Shown one piece after another: positions 35,719-50,700 of a DNA stretch of 64,000 bases. The position numbers and the translations under genes are program-made. The first letter of the stretch is position 1. Every line of letters starts with the position of its first letter. This DNA comes from Antedon mediterranea (lineage: Eukaryota > Animalia > Echinodermata): assembly GCF_964355755.1 (NCBI RefSeq), contig NC_092677.1:18808101-18872100 (forward strand). Direction: 5' to 3'. The notes below the pieces were generated by a model that saw nothing but the letters and a program-made list of their open reading frames with translations, was not told the origin of the DNA and ran no database searches.

Positions 35719-38700
35719 CTGTGTGAAAGGCACAAAAAAGTATATTATACCAAAAGAGATTATCGTATATATCTAATATGGCTGTACCAATTGGTCAATC
35801 ACATACACCAGTTTGAAGTCACATCTCATACTTAGTCATGCACTACTGTCATGGTTGGTTGAATGGTAGGTAGGAATGTTTCAGTGAAGGAAGAAAGGAT
35901 AGTGGAAAGTGGAAGAAGGCTTGCTAGAATTGTAAGAGAAGCTGTGAACAAAGCATGTATATGGCTAGCCAGTTTAATTGCTGTACAGCATCTTGTGAAC
36001 TGTTCATTTTGTCTGGACTTTGTTTGGTTTTTATATTTTAGGTTATTATTTTTATATACTGAAAATAATATTTATATTATAAATTCTTTATACACCATTA
36101 CACAAATTCTTGGTAGACAATACATACAAACTGACCTTAGTTGTAGTTTGTTTCTTTGCTTTGGATTCATCTGTGTCTTTAGATCCTTTTCTATCTTTTC
36201 TTCGTGTAGACTCTGTAGTTGACAACTGAGCTACCTGAGCTTCAACATTCATACTTTGAGTGAATCGCTGTAAAAAATGTACTTTATATTAAAAATATGG
36301 AAGATGTGAAAAATGAGAATAGAATCTTAATGCAGACACTCCTCTGAACACAGACACTCCCTTGAACACAGACATCCTAATATGGACACTAACCCTATAA
36401 TATGGACACTAACCCTATAATATGGACACTAACCCTATAATATGGACACTAACCCTAATACAGGCACTCACCTCAATATAAACACTCAACTTAATATAGA
36501 CACTCGCCTTAATATGGACATGCACCCTATTATGGGCACTCACCTCAATATAGACACTTACCTCAATATTGACAGTCACCTCAATATAGACACTCACCTC
36601 AATATAAGCACTCAACTTAATATAGACACTCGCCTTAATATGGACATGCACCCTATTATGGACACTCACCCTAATACAGGCATTCACCTCAATATAGACA
36701 CTCACCTCAATATAGACACTTACCTCAATATTGACAGTCACCCTAATATGGACACTCGCCTCAATATAGACAATCACCTCAATATAAACACTCACCTTAC
36801 TGGGGTAGCACTAACATTTCATTTTGTTTAGCCATTTGGCGAAAGTCAAAAAATTTTTTTTAGACAAATCAGTTTATCTATAGCCAAAATGGCTAAAGTC
36901 AAATTTTTTTATTTAGCCAAATGAATCGGTTTTTAGCCAAAATTTAAAATTGTTGAAATATAATGGTAAAAACATTTTAGTCAATTTATCTATGTCAACA
37001 GGTCTATACACTGTTCCCTGAACATTTTTGTAAGGCATTGAGATAAAAGAACCATACCTAAATCACTGTATGATTAAAAAAAATAATATTCTTTTTGTAT
37101 TTTTTTTACATGATCAAAACAATTGTTCAAATTGTTTTTAATCATACAGCATTCATACAGTTATCAATTTAATAAGAAACATTTTACATTTTTCTGAAAT
37201 CCCCTGAACGCTATGTTACTTTTGTTTTTTACGCTTGGCTGGTCATGTTTGTGTGTGACGGCTTCCATCGCGTACCAGGCGAAAATCGTGTCCTAGACTT
37301 CACAGTCACTCAGCATCACCGCCGCGCAGCGGGTTAATGTTTTTAAATTGGGTATGCTCAAGAGGTGCGAAAGTGCAAAACCGCCGGCCTAGGCCTACAA
37401 AATCATGTACAACAACGGTATATCGTAGGCTATGCTAAAAATATTGTGGAAAATTCCTAGCAAACGAACACTCGTATCGTTGTTGAACGTAAGATAATAT
37501 AGGCCAAAGCACAGAGTACACGTCTTTCCATCCCTCAAGGCTGCGCCGAAGCGTTTCTGGCAGGGCGAGAAATTTATCCCGATTATTATTTATTTACACA
37601 ACAACACAGAAGCCGGCGGCCGGCCCCGCTCAGATGCACGTGTGTGTTTAGCTAAATCCCTGTTAGACTCTACCATTTCCCGCATGTTGTTTTGTTTACA
37701 CTGACGCACGAGGGAAGTTTATTACGGGTAAAATATGAAACTACATTAAATTGAAAGACTCTAAAATGCATAACGCATACATTTTTGATTTTGATAAGAT
37801 TAAATTCATCGAAGATACTATAACGTTTCTTTTTAATCTGAAAAGTACACCCCTATCGAAAAATAGACAATCCCGGTAATTAGCCGACCGTCGGCTACGT
37901 AGTCGTTTGTGCAGCGCACAACACATGATAGTTTGGGTAGACTTCATCATCCATGTGTCGTGTAACGTCTGTCTCTCTGTGCAGTCTACCTCTGCTATCT
38001 CCATCTTTTTGAAATAACAAAGAGACGCCTGGTACAACGAAACAAGTTGACGAAAAATGGAGCTTGAAGTAAACAACGTGATAACGAACAAAATAAATGC
38101 TTGGAGATCGACAAATGGACCTTTTAGTTGGACTTTATGCTTTTGCCAAAATGATTATTTAATTATCTATTTTATCATATGTCATCGCCAAAATGGCTAA
38201 AGTAGCCGTTTTATTTTTCGCCAATCTGGAACCGTTTTCGCCCATGGTGACTTGGCGATCGGCCAGTGCGAGCCCAGCCTTAATATAGACACTCACCTTA
38301 ATATGGACATGCACCCTATTATCATTATGGACACTCACCTTAATACAGGCACTCACCATAATATGGACACTCACCTCAATATGGACACTCACCTCAATAT
38401 GGACACTCACCTCAATATGGGCACTCACCTCAATATGGACACTCACCTCAATATGGACACTCACCTTAATATAGACACTCCAATTAATATGTACATGCAC
38501 CGTATTACAGACACTCACCCTGATACAGGCACTCACCTCAATATAGACACTCACCTCAATATAGACACTCACCTGAATGCAGTTGCTGAAGGTAACACAA
38601 ACAAGCATGAGTTTACTGACTATCTTGAGTAAATCAGGATTTGTTAGCATACAGTCTTTCAAACACTTGTCCAAGAAGTCTGTGTGATGTTCTAAGACAT

Positions 38701-41700
38701 CATCAATATTAGACACCTAAGCAAGAAGATATTGCACAAATTATTATCAGCCAAGGTGGCTAGATGATTCAATTGGGAGTGGAATACACAATAAAAAAAT
38801 AATTCTGGAATATTCTAATGACAGAAATAATGTTGAATTGATGAATCCTATCATGATGTCATATGTTACACTTTTTTAGATTTTTAATAGAGGGTTAACG
38901 CAGGGCATGCTCAAAAACATAGGTTGTGATATCGTCCAAACCATGAGGTAAGTCAATAAAATGTTGTTAGAGGATCTTGATCACAAATACACATTTATGT
39001 AAGAATCTTCATTCATGATTACTTATACTTATTTATACTTGATTGTATTTTGAATGAATAAATTATCCAAACATTTTTTTCTAAACACAATATAGAAATA
39101 TAGTATATTTTAACTTACACTTCTAAAATTCTCCAACATCAATAACCAATTGGGTTCAATGACCTCAAACATCATGTAGTACTGGAGATTCTGAACAAGA
39201 TGCAACATTCGCTGACGGAGAGCAAACCCTGCTGCGTACCACTTCGAAGAATGCAGAGAGAACTTCTTGGCACTCTTGTTGCTAAGCCAAACACTGCATA
39301 TGGTACGTTCAACATGCTTGCAATAGAACAGATGACGAAATAACATCTGGTATTTTGTCAATGCCTGTAAAAGCAATAACAAAAATGATCATCAATAGCG
39401 GATCTACTCCACAATATTTTGTAATAATAGTTTACAGCCACAGGTATGTTGTAAAACAAATAATGAATGTTTATGAGTGGAATGGAGAGAAAATGTTAAG
39501 TCTAAAGTTTTTTAACTGGTCTACTCAAAAGGCATACCGTAAATCTTCTAATAGTAACCCCCTTCTAATGGTAACCCACCTTATAAGTCAATCTATAATA
39601 ATAACCCACTAGTCTAATAGTAACCCCCTTCTAATAGTAACCCACACTCTAATAGTAACCCCCTTCTAATAGTAACCCACACTCTAATAGTAACCCCCTT
39701 CTAATAGTAACCCACACTCTAATAGTAACCCACACTCTAATAGTAACCCACACTCTAATAGTAACCCACACTCTAATTATAACCCACACTCTAATTGTAA
39801 CCCACTACTCTAATTGTAACCCACACTCTAATAGTAACCCCCTTCTAATTATAACCCCCTTCTAATTATAACCCCCTTCTAATTATAACCCCCTTCTAAT
39901 TATAACCCCCTTCTAATAGTAACCCACACTCTAATAGTAACCCCCTTCTAATAGTAACCCACACTCTAATAGTAACCCCCTTCTAATAGTAACCCACACT
40001 CTAATAGTAACCCACACTCTAATAGTAACCCACACTCTAATAGTAACCCACACTCTAATTATAACCCACACTCTAATTGTAACCCACACTCTAATTGTAA
40101 CCCACTACTCTAATTGTAACCCCCTTCTAATTATAACCCCCTTCTAATTATAACCCCCTTCTAATTATAACCCCCTTCTAATTATAACCCCCTTCTAATT
40201 ATAACCCCCTTCTAATTATAACCCCCTTCTAATTATAACCCCCTTCTAATAGTAACCCACACTCTAATAGTAACCCACACTCTAATAGTAACCCACACTC
40301 TAATAGTAACCCACACTCTAATAGTAACCCACACTCTAATTATAACCCACACTCTAATTGTAACCCACTACTCTAATTGTAACCCACTACTCTAATTGTA
40401 ACCCACTACTCTAATTGTAACCCACACTCTAATAGTAACCCCCTTCTAATTATAACCCCCTTCTAATTATAACCCCTTCTAATTATAACCCCCTTCTAAT
40501 TATAACCCCCTTCTAATAGTAACCCACACTCTAATAGTAACCCACACTCTAATAGTAACCCACACTCTAATAGTAACCCCCTTCTAATAGTAACCCACAC
40601 TCTAATGGTAACCCCCTTCTAATAGTAACCCACACTCTAATAGTAACCCCCTTCTAATAGTAACCCACACTCTAATGGTAACCCCCTTCTAATAGTAACC
40701 CACACTCTAATAGTAACCTCCTTCTAATAGTAACCCACACTCTAATAGTAACCCCCTTCTAATAGTAACCCACACTCTAATAGTAACCCCCTTCTAATAG
40801 TAACTCCCTTCTAATAGTAACCCACACTCTAATAGTAACCCACCTTCTAATAGTAACCCACACTCTAATAGTAACCCACACTCTAATAGTAACCCACACT
40901 CTAATAGTAACCCACACTCTAATAGTAACCCACACTCTAATAGTAACCCACCTTCTAATAGTAACCCACACTCTAATAGTAGCCCCTTCTAATAGTAACC
41001 CCTTCTAATAGTAACCCCCACTCTAATAGTAACCCCCCTTCTAATAGTAACCCACACTCTAATAGTAACCCACCTTCTAATAGTAACCCACCCTCTAATA
41101 GTAACCCACACTCTAATAGTAACCCCCTTCTAATAGTAACCCCTTTCTAATAATAGTAACCCACACTCTAATAGTAACCCACACTCTAATAGTAACCCCC
41201 TTCTAATAGTAACCCACCTTCTAATAGTAACCCACACTCTAATAGTAACCCACCTTCTAATAGTAACCTACACTCTAATAGTAACCCCTTCTATTATAGT
41301 AACCCAGACTCTAATAGTAAACCCCTTCGAATAGTAAACCCCCCTTCTAATAGTAAACCCCCCTTCTAATAGTAACCCACACTCTAATAGTAACCCACAC
41401 TCTAATAGTAACCCACACTCTTATAGTAACCCCCTTCTAATAGTAACCCACACTCTAATAGTAACCCACCTTATAAGTCAATCTATATATACTCTAATAG
41501 TAATGGGTTACTATTAGAGTCACACAAACTTATGATGCAGCCATATTTTGAAAATACGGAGATAATACATGTTGATCTCGGGAGTGGGGAAGGATTGAGT
41601 GTTTTTGAGTTTATAAAATAAAGTTTAAATTTGTTTATTCGTACTGCTTTAATATTTTGTTAAGAGTTGCTAGTGCCTAATTTAAGATTAGTAATAGTAA

Positions 41701-44700
41701 CCAACTACTCTAATAGTAACCCCCCTTCTAATAGTAACCCACACTCTAATAGTAACCCACACTCTAATAGTAACCCCTTCTAATAGTAACCCACACTCTA
41801 ATAGTAACCCACACTCTAATAGTAACCCACACTCTAATAGTAACCCACACTCTAATAGTAACCCACACTCTAATAGTAACCCACACTCTAATAGTAACCC
41901 CCACTCTAATAGTAACCCCCACTCTAATAGTAACCCCCACTCTAATAGTAACCCACACTCTAATAGTAACCCACACTCTAATAGTAACCCACACTCTAAT
42001 AGTAACCCCTTCTAATAGTAACCCACACTCTAATAGTAACCCACACTCTAATAGTAACCCACACTCTAATAGTAACCCCTTCTAATAGTAACTAACCCAC
42101 ACTCTAATAGTAACCAACACTCTAATAGTAACCCCCTTCTAATAGTAACCCACACTCTAATAGTAACCCACACTCGAATAGTAACCCACACTCTAATAGT
42201 AACCCCCTTCTAATAGTAACCCACACTCGAATAGTAACCCACCTTCTAATAGTAACCCCTTCTAATAGTAACCCACACTCTAATGGTAACCCCCTTCTAA
42301 TAGTAACCCACACTCTAATAGTAACCTCCTTCTAATAGTAACCCACACTCTAATAGTAACCCCCTTCTAATAGTAACCCACACTCTAATAGTAACCCCCT
42401 TCTAATAGTAACTCCCTTCTAATAGTAACCCACACTCTAATAGTAACCCACCTTCTAATAGTAACCCACACTCTAATAGTAACCCACACTCTAATAGTAA
42501 CCCACACTCTAATAGTAACCCACACTCTAATAGTAACCCACCTTCTAATAGTAACCCACACTCTAATAGTAGCCCCTTCTAATAGTAACCCTTCTAATAG
42601 TAACCCCCACTCTAATAGTAACCCCCACTCTAATAGTAACCCCCCTTCTAATAGTAACCCACACTCTAATAGTAACCCACCCTCTAATAGTAACCCACAC
42701 TCTAATAGTAACCCCCTTCTAATAGTAACCCCCTTCTAATAGTAACCCCTTTCTAATAATAGTAACCCACACTCTAATAGTAACCCCCTTCTAATAGTAA
42801 CCCACCTTCTAATAGTAACCCACACTCTAATAGTAACCCACCTTCTAATAGTAACCTACACTCTAATAGTAACCCCTTCTATTATAGTAACCCAGACTCT
42901 AATAGTAAACCCCTTCTAATAGTAAACCCCCCTTCTAATAGTAAACCCCCCTTCTAATAGTAACCCACACTCTAATAGTAACCCACACTCTTATAGTAAC
43001 CCCCTTCTAATAGTAACCCACACTCTAATAGTAACCCACCTTATAAGTCAATCTATATATACTCTAATAGTAATGGGTTACTAAAGCCCCTTTCTCACAG
43101 AGTTGTGTGCCAGGAATATTGCGGGAATATACCATTACCATGCCGGTATGGTTTTCTGTGAGAACGGGTCGTCTTGGCATCATGCCGGCACCGACATGAC
43201 CTGCTTTAGACCTAGTAATATTCTAGGGATATTCCCCGCAATGCCAGACGGGCATTCTGTGAGAACGTATTGCCGTTATATTCCGGGGTTCCCCGTCGAG
43301 GCTTTGACACCTTGCGCAGTCAAGTGTATCACTTTGGCGCCTATTCAATTCAATTAACAATAATAATGTCGAACTGGAGGGATAATGAGATAAGAGAGCT
43401 GCTTAAAATAAGGGGACAAGAAGAAATTTGTAGCATAATCTATATAGGCCACTAGGCTAGGCCATTAGCTCTTTGTTTGTTGGTGCCTGACCTTTCGTCG
43501 CCTTGTAACTTGTAGGCCTACAGCCTTCTAAGGTGTTTTACAGATTGCCGATGACGGCAAATTAATTGCTACACCTGTATAATATATGCACAATATACTG
43601 TACATAGCATGTATTGCATAAATATGCTATAAAGGAAGATAATAATCTGTAACTTAACATTCGCCGCCATATCATCGCTAGACAAAAATAATAACAATAA
43701 AGGACGCCCTCAATAATTATTTTGTCAGAGACTTTTTATTGGCCGAATATGCCCGACTCCTTTCTCACAGAAAGCCGGTATATACCGGTTATATTTCCGG
43801 CACGATAGTCCGATGAGAATGGGTATATGCCGGTAACGATACCGGCACGACGCCAGCACTGTACCGGTATATTGCAGGCACATCTGTGAGAAAGGGGCTT
43901 TAGAGTCACACAAACTTATGATGCAGCCATATTTTGAAAATACGGAGATAATACATGTTGATCTCGGGAGTGGGGAAGGATTGAGTGTTTTTGAGTTTAT
44001 AAAATAAAGTTTAAATTTGTTTATTCGTACTGCTTTAATATTTTGTTAAGAGTTGCTAGTGCCTAATTTAAGATTAGTAATAGTAACCAACTACTCTAAT
44101 AGTAACCCCCCTTCTAATAGTAACCCACACTCTAATAGTAACCCACACTCTAATAGTAACCCACACTCTAATAGTAACCCCTTCTAATAGTAACCCACAC
44201 TCTAATAGTAACCCACACTCTAATAGTAACCCACACTCTAATAGTAACCCACACTCTAATAGTAACCCACACTCTAATAGTAACCCCCACTCTAATAGTA
44301 ACCCCCACTCTAATAGTAACCCACACTCTAATAGTAACCCACACTCTAATAGTAACCCACACTCTAATAGTAACCCCTTCTAATAGTAGCCCACACTCTA
44401 ATAGTAACCCACACTCTAATAGTAACCCCTTCTAATAGTAACTAACCCACACTCTAATAGTAACCAACACTCTAATAGTAACCCCCTTCTAATAGTAACC
44501 CACACTCTAATAGTAACCCACACTCGAATAGTAACCCACACTCTAATAGTAACCCCCTTCTAATAGTAACCCACACTCGAATAGTAACCCACCTTCTAAT
44601 AGTAACCCACACTCTAATAGTAACCCACACTCTAATAGTAACCCACACTCGAATAGTAACCCACACTCGAATAGTAACCCACACTCTAATAGTAACTCCC

Positions 44701-47700
44701 CTTCTAATAGTAACCCACACTCTAATAGTAACCCCTCTTCAAATAGTAACCCACACTCTAATAGTAACTCCCCTTCTAATAGTAACCAACACTCTAATAG
44801 TAACCCCCTTCTAATAGTAACCCACACTCTAATAGTAACTCCCCTTCTAATAGTAACCCACACTCTAATGGTAACCCCCTTCTAATAGTAACCCACACTC
44901 TAATAGTAACCCCTCTTCAAATAGTAACCCACACTCTAATAGTAACTCCCCTTCTAATAGTAACCAACACTCTAATAGTAACCCCCTTCTAATAGTAACC
45001 CACACTCTAATAGTAACCCCTCTTCAAATAGTAACCCACACTCTAATAGTAACTCCCCTTCTAATAGTAACCAACACTCTAATAGTAACCCCCTTCTAAT
45101 AGTAACCCACACTCTAATAGTAACTCCCCTTCTAATAGTAACCCACACTCTAATGGTAACCCCCTTCTAATAGTAACCCACACTCTAATAGTAACCCCTC
45201 TTCAAATAGTAACCCACACTCTAATAGTAACTCCCCTTCTAATAGTAACCAACACTCTAATAGTAACCCCCTTCTAATAGTAACCCACACTCTAATAGTA
45301 ACTCCCCTTCTAATAGTAACCCACACTCTAATAGTAACCCCCTTCTAATAGTAACCCACACTCTAATAGTAACCCACACTCTAATAGTAACCCACACTCT
45401 AATAGTAACCCCTCTTCTAATAGTAACCCCTCTTCTAATAGTAACCCACCCTAAAATACAATCAAAGAATAATAACCAAGGGTTACAATTAGAAGATTTA
45501 CGGTATGCTGTAGTCAAGTAATAATAAAATAATGAATATTTATATTTGCCCGCCTTGTTAAATAAGTCAATCTTCCAACTTAAAATTTTCTCTCCATTTC
45601 ACACATTATTGTTTTACAACATATATTCTCAGCATCCACTCAACATTTATTATTTGTATAATATTTCACAATTCTCAAAACTATATGCATCACGATGCAC
45701 TGAACAAAATGATCAACTAACGCTCTACTCCATTATCCAACTTTATGTGACAAAAATATGGTAGTGATTTGTATGATTTATTTCTTTTTTATTTTTAAAT
45801 GCGCCTTGAGCACTCTGGAGTGGTATGTGCGCTATAAAAATCTTATTATTATATTATTATTATAGTGATATGTCTTCATCATGTCCATGTATGTATTTGC
45901 ATTGATACCATTATTAACATTGACATTTGAAGTATGACAATCCTCATTGTGACCTTTATTAAACTAATTAGTCATGGTAACAGAGTACAGCTATATAATG
46001 TAAGTCAAAAAATCATTATGACGATGATTGAGGTACTACACTCTGAGACAGAGTACAAGATTAGGTAGCATGAATTCCATCTTACCTTTCTACTCAAAAT
46101 AAGTGATTCAGGCCACCTTACAATGTAATCAAATGAGAATGCCTCAAGACCAGATATATGGATTTCAGTAGGGTCCATCTCTTGAAAGACAACTAACAGT
46201 AAAAACAAACAAGCCAATATTATATATTATTAAAACATTTTTCAATACATAATTATTTACAATGTTTTAAAGCAGCCGAAAATTATTTCCTATGAACAGT
46301 GTATCTGATCACATTCTGCCAATCTCATACACTATGACACAGGCTATCCTGGATAAAGAATATTTCTGAGAAAAAACTATCTATGCCTCAAACAAGATTT
46401 ATTTTTATAAATATAAAACGTACCAAAAATCTTGTATCAAGACATGGTTTGTTTCTCTTGAACTAGACTTTATCTAGGAAGACCATTTCAAAGCTTGAAC
46501 CAACATGGCACTATGCTTGCTGAAAGATATACAAACCTCTAACCTTTTTCTTGTTTTGACTCAATAGATAGAATTCGCAATAGTTGGGTGATCAGATCGT
46601 AAGGTAGAAGAATTGGTCTGTAAAATAAAGGTTTGTAATAATAGCATGTTTTAAATCCTAATTTAGGATATAATTATCATGATTTTTCATTTGATCAAAG
46701 CAGCACAAGTTCATGCTTCAACAGGAGTAAGACATGTTTTGTGTGGAGCTTCTGGATTACTTACACTGCTGTATATGCTAATTTTCAGTGAATAAGTGAT
46801 GCCGAAACAAAAGACGGCGAAGGCTGTTAAGCCTGTCGACCAAGCCAGCAATGTGAACTTGGACGATGAATGCACAGGCTTTGAAACGTATGTTCGTTCT
46901 ACACTTAAATCGATGTTGGGTGAAAAAAGACAAATTAGACTTGATTTAAAGCTCAGGTACAGGCATGAATTTTAAATATAATATCTGGTTAATTATACAT
47001 AAATCAAATATTTGTAACAGAAATCAAGACGAAAAAACATGAATTTCCCTTAATATGGCCAAATACAAAATTTTGCAAAATTCTTCCATACAAACCAGGA
47101 AGACCTTTTTTCAGTAGTTAGGTAGTTAACCTAATGTAATAACATGTCTTGTGACTCCCTAGAAGGTGAAAAAAGATGGTGGATATACGGTGGATAATTT
47201 TTGCTATAGCATGAAAATAAAAATTTGAAGTTGAATAAAAATTCCAGAAATGTAATATTCAAGTTATATTACCTATACTTAGTCAACTGATAAAATTTTT
47301 TATCACACTGTTTATTTTTCGTAGCTTTTTAAAATGCCTCTCTATTTACAAAATTTGTGTACAAAAGAATAGAGATTTTACTGTGTAATTTTAACTATCC
47401 CCCACTGATAAGAAAGTGCTTATTTTCAACAAGCTTGTGTAACACAAATAAAATCCCAAAAATTATGAAACATAGGGGAAACTATAGATCGATAATTATT
47501 GGAATGTATGATCAATAGAAATTTTTTGCCCGTACCTGGCCTTTAAAAGATAGTATTGATAGTCTCAGAGAATTTCAACAATTGAAAGTAACAACAAAGA
47601 AACCAAAAGCCAGGTTGAAGCTCTTTAAAGCAAGATCAGCAAAATAAAAGATGGCCTCAACCAATCTGAGCGTTTTTCATGAAGAAACAACATTTGACTT

Positions 47701-50700
47701 ACCGGTTTTGAACAGGCTTCAAGGGAAAATTGTTTACTCTTGGCTGATGACCTGCTAGCTAAACACTTCACATTTGACTCTAAACCTAAACTCGAACGAA
47801 CACATCGCGACGGAAGATCTCAAAACGGTAAGCCACCTCACATTCTGATCAAGTTTTATCTTACACGGGCACCACTGCTCAAGCCTCATAAAGTCATCTT
47901 CGTCAAAACTTAATTTTAAGGCACATATGAGGGACGCAACGACAAACAACATTGGGTAAAAAGGTTGTGAAGCAATAATGGGCTTTTCAATCTGGAAATA
48001 GATAATGATAACCAGAATGCAAGGGATGCAGAGATTAAGCATCAGATAATTCAAGGCGGCCGAAATAAAAAGGTTCGAAGACAAGCTCTACATAAGGACT
48101 GGGATGGGTTTGCAAAGGTGCAAGATTTGCCAATTAATAAGAGCGAAGAATCAGATTGATCGACTTGATTTTGCAGTGAAATGTATAAGAAATGCCGAAC
48201 AGTTCAAATGCGTTATCTTTACTGGCGAGTGTACAATTGAACTTGAATTGAACAACCAAAATTGAAACCTAGGGCCAAACATCCAACAAAAGTACATGTA
48301 TGGGCAGCAATTTCTACAGAGGGAGCGACGTCAATCATCATATTTGACGTTATAATGAGGAAAGAATTTTATGTGGACACAATATTAGATAAAGTATTAC
48401 CTCCGTTTCATGACGGAAAAATATACTTCGCGTTACTCTGCCGATTATTTCAAAAGAGAAAACATATATTGGTGGGAAACCCTGGCGGAGTCACCAGACC
48501 TTAATCCAATCAAATTAATTAATCATTTCATGTTTTTGCAAGTATACATTTTTTTTAATAGTACAATACAAAAAAAAATGTATGTATGGAATGAATGATA
48601 AAATGAAAGAAACTATTGTAACACTAGTCTGTACTGCCGTGTAAATGCATGAAAAGGGGATATGCAGTGATTAGCCACATATGAAACTATGTATGCTAAT
48701 TAGGTACAAGCTTTGATTGAATAAAAGCACAACAGTTACTGCATTTCAATCTATTACAACCCAACCTCCACACAGCCTAAGAATGAATTAAAGAATACCT
48801 ACTTGAGGTCATCTTTGAAAGGATCTGCATTTGCTTCACTGGTTCTGATGGCCAATTCCACCAGAGACTCCAACCTTGATGGCATTATTTCTTCCATGCC
48901 TTTCTTCATTTCATCTTCTGTGATGTCCATAAAGTGAACAAAGAAATCACCTTGCTCCATCAGGAAATATCGCTTGATGGATCTAAATACAAGAGATAAT
49001 CCAGAATTACATACTTGAGATGCAGAAATGAGGAATGCTAGAGTAAATGGCATAAAAAATTATCAGAATTTACCTGGGTAAATGATGAATTCGGCATTAA
49101 GCCAATCAGAAAAATATACCAGTTAAAACAATCCACGTTCATTTTCCTCTTGCACTGTAAAAGGCTTCGATTTCCCACCTTTTTATACTGTTTTATTATG
49201 GCTTGGGATTGATTTTAAAATTTAATTTATTTATTTGACCAATAAACCATAATATAAAATATACAGAGATGGAAAAATGAAAATAAAAAATTATATTTTG
49301 TTCATAATTCACCCAACAAGGGCCAGTGTTTGATTCACAGAGCACGAGAACAGGATCAAACAACCCCCTAAATCGGTGACATCATAATTGATTTAAATCA
49401 CCACCCACACTTAAAAGTTATTTGGGTATGGTGTTTGTTGAGTAGAGTCTAGGCCTTTGACAAATTAAAATTGTTTTTCGCTTTTTATAAAAAGGTGTTG
49501 TGTAATCCCTCTGGTTAATAATGGAATAATCCTTTTAGTGGTCCGAGTTAATAGAATAAAACTCAGGTCTTGAAATTGAGTTTTCTCGATCTAGAAAGGG
49601 TGGATTCTGGGTTTTCCAGAAACTTCTTTCTAGAAACTTAAATAAAAATGGCATACCTGAGCCTTGCCATTAACTCTCGTTCTTGCATGAGTAGATCAAT
49701 CAGTTCTTGACTGGCATGACTAAAAGTCTTCTCAATCTGATCAACATACTCACGCTCATTTAATGTGTACAAAATTTCTTCAGCAATAGGACATGCTGGA
49801 CTGCGCCCTGAAATAATGTTTAAACAATTATCTGTCAATCGTTAAAATCACTAATATTTAAACGACGTTTATAAAAGGCTGACCGAAAAAGGGTGGGCTT
49901 TCTTTTTATTTGGCAAGCAATAAAAAAATATATCTTTCATTTCTTTTTGGAATAATTATCAATCAATCAATCAATCAATCGTTCGATTTATATAGCGCCA
50001 TTCCAACATTCATTGCTCATGGCGCTGTAAAAAATCAGAAAAGGTGAGTTTTGAGTAGTGACTTAAAGTGACTCAATAATGATGTGTGTTTAATGTTCAA
50101 TGGTAGGTGGTTCCAGAGCCTAGGTCCAGCAACACTGAAAGTTCGATCTCCCCAACTATGTTTGCTCCTTGGAATGTCCAGTAGCACCTGATGACTAGAT
50201 CTTAGTTCTCGCTTTCCCTTCTTGACTGTCAACAATTCTGAGAGATATTTTGGAGCGCAACTATTTAGGCATCGGAACACCAGCAGCAGGATCTTAAATT
50301 TAACACGTGACTCCATGGGTAGCCAATTTAACTCTTTGAACAATGGTGTGACGTGATCATACTTCTTGGCACACATCACCAAGCGAGCTGCCCAATTTTG
50401 CACCTTCTGGAGAGTCCGCAACTGCTTCTTTGGCAGACCATACAGCAGGGAATTTCCCATATCAAGCCGACTGGTAACAAAAGCATGTACAATCTGCTCT
50501 GTTGCACAATGGTTCAAGTAACGTCTGATCTTGGCGATGTTACATAAATGGAAAATAGCAGATCGGCAGATTTTGTTGATATGTGATTCCATGGTCATTT
50601 TACAATCAAGTTGTACACCAAGGTTACGAACTTCTGATGATGGATTGACTAGTACGCCACCAATATGTAGGCCATCAAACCGGATCTTTTTTCTCTGCTG

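Noticed and set aside
36442-36831. His/Asp-rich repeat proteins on the plus strand (also 38252-38632)
   Set aside because: Antisense translation of the intronic minisatellite, with no gene context.
39537-45503. Telomere-like array or CRISPR array; (VWVTIR)n ORFs
   Set aside because: TAACCC occurs once per 18-bp unit, not as tandem TTAGGG. There are no unique spacers or cas genes, and the ORFs are by-products of a 3n repeat.
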